IMG/VR virus record: IMGVR_UViG_3300022218_000007 | Coordinates: 1 to 38,019 of that record | Strand: one strand, 5' to 3' | Length of the DNA: 38,019 bases | Origin: a virus | Taxonomy: Duplodnaviria; Caudoviricetes | Shown: positions 32,536-38,019 of the stretch, one piece after another | Position numbering within the stretch: the first letter of the stretch is position 1 | Layout of the letters: every line of letters begins with the position of its first letter | Translations under genes and position numbers: made by a program | The notes under the pieces: generated by a model | What the model saw: only the letters and a program-made list of their open reading frames with translations | Databases searched by the model: none | What the model was told of the DNA's origin: nothing

Positions 32536-34786
32536 GATAAAACTTGTTCTTGAAGGTGATGCAAGCGGATTAAAGGCAGCCTTGCAAGAGGCTACAGGTG
32601 GCCTCAATGGTGTAGAAGGCAAGACAAAAAGTGCTACTGCATCCTTCCTGAAATTTGCATCTGTTACAGCGGCAGCAGGGGCGGTAGGTTTAGCCCTTAA
32701 AGGCTCTATTGCTATTACTGCTAAATTCCAAAGTGCAATATCAGACCTTTCAGCTATTACGGGCGCAAGCGGTAAAGATTTAGAGTTCCTATCTGACAAA
32801 GCAAAAGAGATGGGGGCAACAACTACTAAGTCCGCATCCGAAGCAGCCGAAGCCATGAAGCTTATGGCGAGCGCAAAGCCTGACCTCTTGGAAAATGCAG
32901 CGGCTTTGGCCTCGGTAACAAAAGAAGCCTTAACTCTATCAGAGGCGGCAGGCTCTACCCTTCCAGAAGCAGCTAATACTCTTGGTTCATCTCTCAATCA
33001 ATTTGCAGCAGGGGCAGATCAGGCCGGTAGGTTTATTAATGTCCTGGCAGCCGGAGCCAAAGAGGGCGCATCTGAAATAAGGGAGACAGCGGCAGCGTTA
33101 AAAGAAACTGGAACGGTTGCTAATGATGCTGGCATATCCTTTGAAGCCACTAACGCAGCTATACAAACACTATCTACCGTTGCTATTAAGGGTGGTCAAG
33201 CTGGTACTAATTTAAGAAATGTAATACTTAAACTCCAGAATCAAACTGAAGACGGTTTTAATCCGGCAGTAGTGGGGCTTGAAGCAGCACTTAAAAACCT
33301 ACAGACAGCCAACCTTGACACAACAGAATTGACCAAGCTTTTTGGCCTTGAGAGTGTAACGGCTGCAAAGACCTTAATAAGTCAAGCTGATAGCGTTGGG
33401 GTATTAACTCAAAAACTTACCGACACGAATACAGCATACGATCAGGCGGCAACAAAGACTGATAATATGACTGGAGATATGGCAGCCCTTACATCGGCAG
33501 TAGAGGCAGCCGCTATAGAGTTTGGAGAAGAGCTAGCACCTGTCATTAGGTTTACTTTGCAGACTGCTACAAGTGCAATACAGGAGCTTTTACCAGTTGT
33601 GTCATACATAGGCAAGAACTTTGCAATGGCTTTTCAAATTGCAGAGGTGGCTGGACTTGGCTTTATATCTGCATTGCTTACTGGATTTGATGAATTACAG
33701 CAGGCAGCGTCAGATGTCGCTGAATGGCTAGGGTTTGATGTTGAGCCTTCTGATACTCTGGAGAAATGGGCTAATGATTCAAGACTTGCCTTAGTAGATG
33801 CTAATGCAGAACTGGGTAACTTAGTTGATAATTGGAACACTCCACCGGCAGCAGTTAACATAGCTACCAGCATAGCTGAAGATGTTAAGGCCGCAAAAAA
33901 GGCGATAGCCGAGCCAGTAGCGACAGAGGCAGCAGCAACAGCCAAAAAAGAAGATCCCTCTATACAAGCCGAGATTGACGCACAAGCCGCTAAGTATATG
34001 AAGCTTCGCCAGATGGCAGAACAGTTTCAATTAGGCGAGGAAGAAAGGGAAGTATTAAGGTATGAGCGCGAGAATGAGCAATTCAATCTTGACCTTGAAA
34101 GGCTTATAGAGAATGGCGCAACAGTTGATGAAGTGCTTGAAATGCAGAGGCAGGCAAGGGCAGATGCCGAGGCTATTCATCAAGACAAGCTTACAACTAT
34201 TGAAGCTAATGCATTAAAGCAGAAACTACAGCAAGAGAAATTTGTTGCAGATCAAAAACTAGGTGTAACGGCTGACTTACTGGGAGCTACATCAAGCCTG
34301 TTAATGCAGGGTAATAAGTCTCAATTTGAGGCAGGCAAAAAGCTTGCAGTTGCTCAGACTTTAATCAGTACATATCAAGGGGCGCAACAAGCGTTTACCT
34401 CTCTGTCATCTATCCCTATTGTCGGCTCAGTTTTGGGAGCAATCGCGGCAGCGGCAGCAATAGCAGCAGGTTTATCAAGGATAAGTTCTATTAAGAGTCA
34501 GAAATACTCACAAGCGCACTCTGGCCTTGACCGTAACCCTTCAGAGGGAACTTTTCTACTCAAAAGAAATGAAATGGTTTTAGACTCTGGAACATCTGAA
34601 GCGGTAAGGCAAGCTGCCCCTGCTTTGGCTGGTGGTGGCGGGGGCGGAGAGGTTAATTTAACAATCAATATCAACTCCCCTATGTTTGAGCCTGACTGGG
34701 ATGATATGATTGAGAATAGGATAAAACCAGCCTTTGACAGGCTATTTAATAGGGATGTATTCCTTGAAGGTGTGGTTTATGGCTAA
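32525..34786 (+). CDS. Tail tape measure protein (TP901-type core)
   Basis: Ala-rich helical; FQSAISDLSAITGA...AKEMGATT..SASEAAEAM...GGQAGTNLRN. Confidence 0.9.
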   Translation: MADKIKLVLEGDASGLKAALQEATGGLNGVEGKTKSATASFLKFASVTAAAGAVGLALKGSIAITAKFQSAISDLSAITGASGKDLEFLSDKAKEMGATTTKSASEAAEAMKLMASAKPDLLENAAALASVTKEALTLSEAAGSTLPEAANTLGSSLNQFAAGADQAGRFINVLAAGAKEGASEIRETAAALKETGTVANDAGISFEATNAAIQTLSTVAIKGGQAGTNLRNVILKLQNQTEDGFNPAVVGLEAALKNLQTANLDTTELTKLFGLESVTAAKTLISQADSVGVLTQKLTDTNTAYDQAATKTDNMTGDMAALTSAVEAAAIEFGEELAPVIRFTLQTATSAIQELLPVVSYIGKNFAMAFQIAEVAGLGFISALLTGFDELQQAASDVAEWLGFDVEPSDTLEKWANDSRLALVDANAELGNLVDNWNTPPAAVNIATSIAEDVKAAKKAIAEPVATEAAATAKKEDPSIQAEIDAQAAKYMKLRQMAEQFQLGEEEREVLRYERENEQFNLDLERLIENGATVDEVLEMQRQARADAEAIHQDKLTTIEANALKQKLQQEKFVADQKLGVTADLLGATSSLLMQGNKSQFEAGKKLAVAQTLISTYQGAQQAFTSLSSIPIVGSVLGAIAAAAAIAAGLSRISSIKSQKYSQAHSGLDRNPSEGTFLLKRNEMVLDSGTSEAVRQAAPALAGGGGGGEVNLTININSPMFEPDWDDMIENRIKPAFDRLFNRDVFLEGVVYG

Positions 34787-35525
34787 AGTAAAGGCATATT
34801 ATAAGCATGAGTTAACCGGCCTTGTGGCATCTGCGACTACTACGGGATATAGCGTCGATAATCTCTTGATATTTACAGAAGGGAGTTTGTGGAAAGGGGT
34901 GGGCACGGGAACGCATACTATTACTTTCGATGCAGGGGTAGGTAATACAGTATCGGCTGATTATGTAGGCGTTGCTAATCATAATCTATCGGGGGCAACT
35001 TTTAAGCTTCAATATTCAACTGATAACTTCGCGGCTGATATTAATGATGCCGTTAGTTTTTCACCGGCTGATAATTTCCCTTTCCTTAAAGAGTTCACGA
35101 CTCAAGATAAAAGGTATTGGAGAATACAATTAACAGGACTGACAGCCTTACCATTTATGGGGCTTGCATACTGGGGAGATCGGGCAGAGTGGGACTATCC
35201 GGCTTTATTCGATCCAAGCGCGGAGAGTAACAAGGCAAGAGTGAATGTTAGTTCTACGGGATATCTACTTGCCATTAATAACAAGTTCATAGAGCGTTCA
35301 ATTAATTTAAAGTTTAAACGTGCTGACGATGGCGGGACGCTCTGGACGGCTTTGCGTTATTGGTGGGAGAATCATGGCCTTAATTTATTATTCATTGCAT
35401 GGGAGATTGATAATCATCCTCTTGACATATATTTGGTTTATCCAGACCCGAAATTCAGGGGGCCTTTTATCACTGCAAATAGGCGAGAGGTTTCTTTAAC
35501 TTTTAAAGGTAGGGTTGCAAGATGA
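34779..35525 (+). CDS. Distal tail protein (putative)
   Basis: Directly after the TMP; NHNL, RYWRI discoidin-like motifs; start reassigned to ATG 34779. Confidence 0.55.
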   Translation: MAKVKAYYKHELTGLVASATTTGYSVDNLLIFTEGSLWKGVGTGTHTITFDAGVGNTVSADYVGVANHNLSGATFKLQYSTDNFAADINDAVSFSPADNFPFLKEFTTQDKRYWRIQLTGLTALPFMGLAYWGDRAEWDYPALFDPSAESNKARVNVSSTGYLLAINNKFIERSINLKFKRADDGGTLWTALRYWWENHGLNLLFIAWEIDNHPLDIYLVYPDPKFRGPFITANRREVSLTFKGRVAR

Positions 35526-35653
35526 AGATGAGAGAATTAGTTAGTTTTTTTATGTTATTTAGTTTAGCAGTAAGCGCAATGTTGTATAAGGATATTAAAA
35601 CCGAGAGAAATATTGAGCAAGCGCAAAAGCAGGAGGTCGTAAAAGTTAATTAA
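35522..35653 (+). CDS. Small membrane peptide (43 aa; not in ORF track)
   Basis: ATGA overlap upstream, TAATG coupling downstream; hydrophobic N-terminus. Confidence 0.45.
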   Translation: MKMRELVSFFMLFSLAVSAMLYKDIKTERNIEQAQKQEVVKVN

Positions 35654-37932
35654 TGATTTCTCTCTCCCCCATATTCCAAGAAGCAAATAATCAACCAGAA
35701 AAAGAGCGTGATGTTCTTGTAATGGTTGAGGATGAAACCTTATTTGCGGAAAAATATACAGAGACTGATTGGGGGAATAATACCGCCGAGAGTAACGTTG
35801 ATTATACTTCTCCTACTCCTGATGCTGGCGATGTAATATTAGCGTATTATCCAGATAATTTGTGGGTGGTGGATAGTGTCACAAATAAGTTTTACAATAT
35901 TAAGCAAGATGGCACATGGATTAGTGAGTTTGCCTCTTCTGTCTTTGATGCTAGTGCAACGGATCCCTATGGCGTAGCGCATGCCCCCGATGGAACATTA
36001 TGGGTAGTAGATGTTGCTACAGATAAAATATACAATGTCGAAACCGATGGCACATGGATTAGTGAATTTGCCTACTCTGTCATTGATGCTAGTATTACTT
36101 TGGTTCAATGTATTGAATATGGGGCTAATGATACTTTATGGATAACTGATAAAACAACTTCAAAGATTTATAATTGCGAAACTGATGGCACATTAATATC
36201 ATCTTTTGCATCTTCTGTTTATGATGGTAGTGCGGCAGATCCTTCCGGAATTTCAGAAGGTGCTAATGATACTTTATGGATAACTGATATAGGTATTGAT
36301 AAAATTTATAATACCGAAAAGGATGGGACGTTGATATCGTCATTTGCATCTTCCGTTTATGATTCAACACCGAGCATCCCTGTTGGAATTGATTATGCTG
36401 CGGATGGCACTCTATGGATATGCGATTCATCGGCAACAGATAAAATTTATAATGTGGAAACTGATGGGACGTTGATATCATCATTTGCGACTTCTGTTTT
36501 TGATGCTAGCGCAATTAGTGTCAGGGGGATTTCTTTCGGATATCCATATTATGCTACAGGCAATATTACAACAGATAATATTGACCTGGGAGAAGTGCCA
36601 ACGGCAGTGGGCGAGTGGGTGATTGAAGACATTGTGCCAACTGGCGCTACATTAACATATGCCGCAGAATATTCAACTACAGGCGCATGGGGAGGGGAAG
36701 AGGTTTCTATCGGGGCAATAGTAGACGGACAGGCAATCACAGTCCTTGCACGATACTGGAGGGTAACGGCAACATTAACAGCAAACACGGCAAGAGATGA
36801 AACACCTATACTGCAATCAATAAAAGCAGACTACACAACATACAGGCGATTTAACCGTATACCCGATTTAGGATATGAGCCTCTTGTTGATTCGGTAAGT
36901 TCCCTCACCTCAAAGGTAGACTTTTTCAAGCCTGCATCCATCGGCCAGATATCAGTTGACATACAATTGACTGATGCTGTTAGTGACTGGGTTTACAGTG
37001 ATACTCTATATAATAAAATAGTACAGGTAAAATTGGGCTTTAAATATGATGGATTCACCGAAGCGGATTATATTCATTATTTCACCGGGGCAATTGATGA
37101 TTGGCGGGTAAATGATAATGTCTTAAATCTGACACTTAAAGACTTGTCGAAAGAGTGGAAACTCCCCGTTCCGTCTAAGTGGGAGACTGTAGGAGATGAT
37201 AGAACATGGACAAATACCCACCATACTGACGTTATGCTTGACATATTTCAGAATGATATCAACGTGAGGGATTCGGGCTTATTGCTTGATTCTTTCGCTA
37301 CGGTAAAAGCGGCAACATCGGCTTATAATGTGACCAGAACGATCACAGGTAAGACAGAAGACGCGAAGAAGCTAGTAGAAGAGCTTAGAGTCCTCTTATT
37401 TGCCTTCTTTCTCCCTAGGGGAGATGGTAAAATAGGCATTAAGCAATTTGATAGCACAGAGGCCGCAGTAGTTTCCTTTACAGACGATAATACTATGGGG
37501 ATAAAATGGCAGGCTAACTCTAAAGACCTGATAAACAGGACTTCATTATATTATGACTGGGACACGCTGGGAGACAAAGAGGAGAATTTTGATAGTTATG
37601 ATGGAGGAGATGACACAACGAGCCAAACAGAGTTCCAAGAAATAAGGCCATATATACTTAAAGATAAATGGACTCTGGCTGCACAAGCCTCCCAGATATC
37701 AGACTTGGAGACTAAAATATTAGCACAGTTTGACAATATGCCTGCAACGGTGACTATCACTTGTGATGCTAAAGATATCGCATATGAGGCAGGAGACATG
37801 GCAAACGTGACAACACTTGAAGCCCCTGGAAGTGGTGGGGCTGGAATAACAGATGAGAAGTATTTAATAACAAGTAAGAATCTTGATTTTCTAGGTGATA
37901 GGATAATATTTAAAGGGTTGAAGGTAGCATGA
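35653..37932 (+). CDS. Tail tip/hub protein with an inserted beta-propeller repeat domain
   Basis: 759 aa; five 46-aa repeats; C-terminal DGKIGI and YEAGDMANV hub-like motifs. Confidence 0.65.
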   Translation: MISLSPIFQEANNQPEKERDVLVMVEDETLFAEKYTETDWGNNTAESNVDYTSPTPDAGDVILAYYPDNLWVVDSVTNKFYNIKQDGTWISEFASSVFDASATDPYGVAHAPDGTLWVVDVATDKIYNVETDGTWISEFAYSVIDASITLVQCIEYGANDTLWITDKTTSKIYNCETDGTLISSFASSVYDGSAADPSGISEGANDTLWITDIGIDKIYNTEKDGTLISSFASSVYDSTPSIPVGIDYAADGTLWICDSSATDKIYNVETDGTLISSFATSVFDASAISVRGISFGYPYYATGNITTDNIDLGEVPTAVGEWVIEDIVPTGATLTYAAEYSTTGAWGGEEVSIGAIVDGQAITVLARYWRVTATLTANTARDETPILQSIKADYTTYRRFNRIPDLGYEPLVDSVSSLTSKVDFFKPASIGQISVDIQLTDAVSDWVYSDTLYNKIVQVKLGFKYDGFTEADYIHYFTGAIDDWRVNDNVLNLTLKDLSKEWKLPVPSKWETVGDDRTWTNTHHTDVMLDIFQNDINVRDSGLLLDSFATVKAATSAYNVTRTITGKTEDAKKLVEELRVLLFAFFLPRGDGKIGIKQFDSTEAAVVSFTDDNTMGIKWQANSKDLINRTSLYYDWDTLGDKEENFDSYDGGDDTTSQTEFQEIRPYILKDKWTLAAQASQISDLETKILAQFDNMPATVTITCDAKDIAYEAGDMANVTTLEAPGSGGAGITDEKYLITSKNLDFLGDRIIFKGLKVA
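35860..36540 (+). repeat. Five tandem 138-nt coding repeats (NHL/propeller-like blades)
   Basis: LWxxD codons at 35860, 35998, 36136, 36274, 36412. Confidence 0.85.
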
Positions 37933-38019
37933 TAAAACATAAAGACTGGGATATAAATGAAGATATTCCAACAGGGAAAACATTAAAAGGCAAGCCTGTG
38001 TTGGGCGCATTATTTAAAA
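37929..38019 (+). CDS. 5' end of the gene that continues at window position 1
   Basis: ATGA overlap with the upstream stop; 30 codons + 1 nt, in frame with 6..1223 when the ends are joined. Confidence 0.7.
   Translation, partial: MIKHKDWDINEDIPTGKTLKGKPVLGALFK

Noticed and set aside
35860-36540. Diversity-generating retroelement TR/VR pair
   Set aside because: The repeats are in-frame tandem blades with differences not restricted to adenines, and no reverse transcriptase is present.
104-37940. Other short alternative-frame and minus-strand ORFs within long structural genes
   Set aside because: They are fully overlapped by well-supported + strand genes and have no RBS or recognisable motifs.

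Overview
The window looks like the complete, circularly permuted ~38.0 kb genome of a long-tailed (siphovirus-like) dsDNA phage. The ORF starting at 37929 reads in frame across the end/start junction into the ORF at 6..1223. Nearly all genes are on the + strand: lysis (M15 endolysin), early/recombination (XRE HTH, Gp157, HNH, Rad52-like SSAP, SSB-like), replication (initiator with internal 11-bp iterons, loader-like, RuvC-like), packaging, head and tail. No integrase, tyrosine recombinase, reverse transcriptase or CRISPR array was recognised. The main signal is a 6.6 kb array (10.1-16.7 kb) of 18 ORF-bearing integron-type gene cassettes separated by attC-like hairpin sites, plus two solo cassettes (5.3 kb and 22.6 kb). 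Each cassette is bracketed by its own 7-15 bp complementary GTT.../...AAC ends. The attC asymmetry is canonical on the minus strand, so almost every ORF is inverted relative to normal cassettes. In half of the cassettes the attC loop itself supplies the RBS, start codon and N-terminus. A second signal is three sequence-divergent promoter-leader elements sharing a hairpin / hairpin / terminator layout with complementary (kissing) loops. All family assignments come from motif recognition by eye; no database searches were run, and novelty relative to the literature is not verified.
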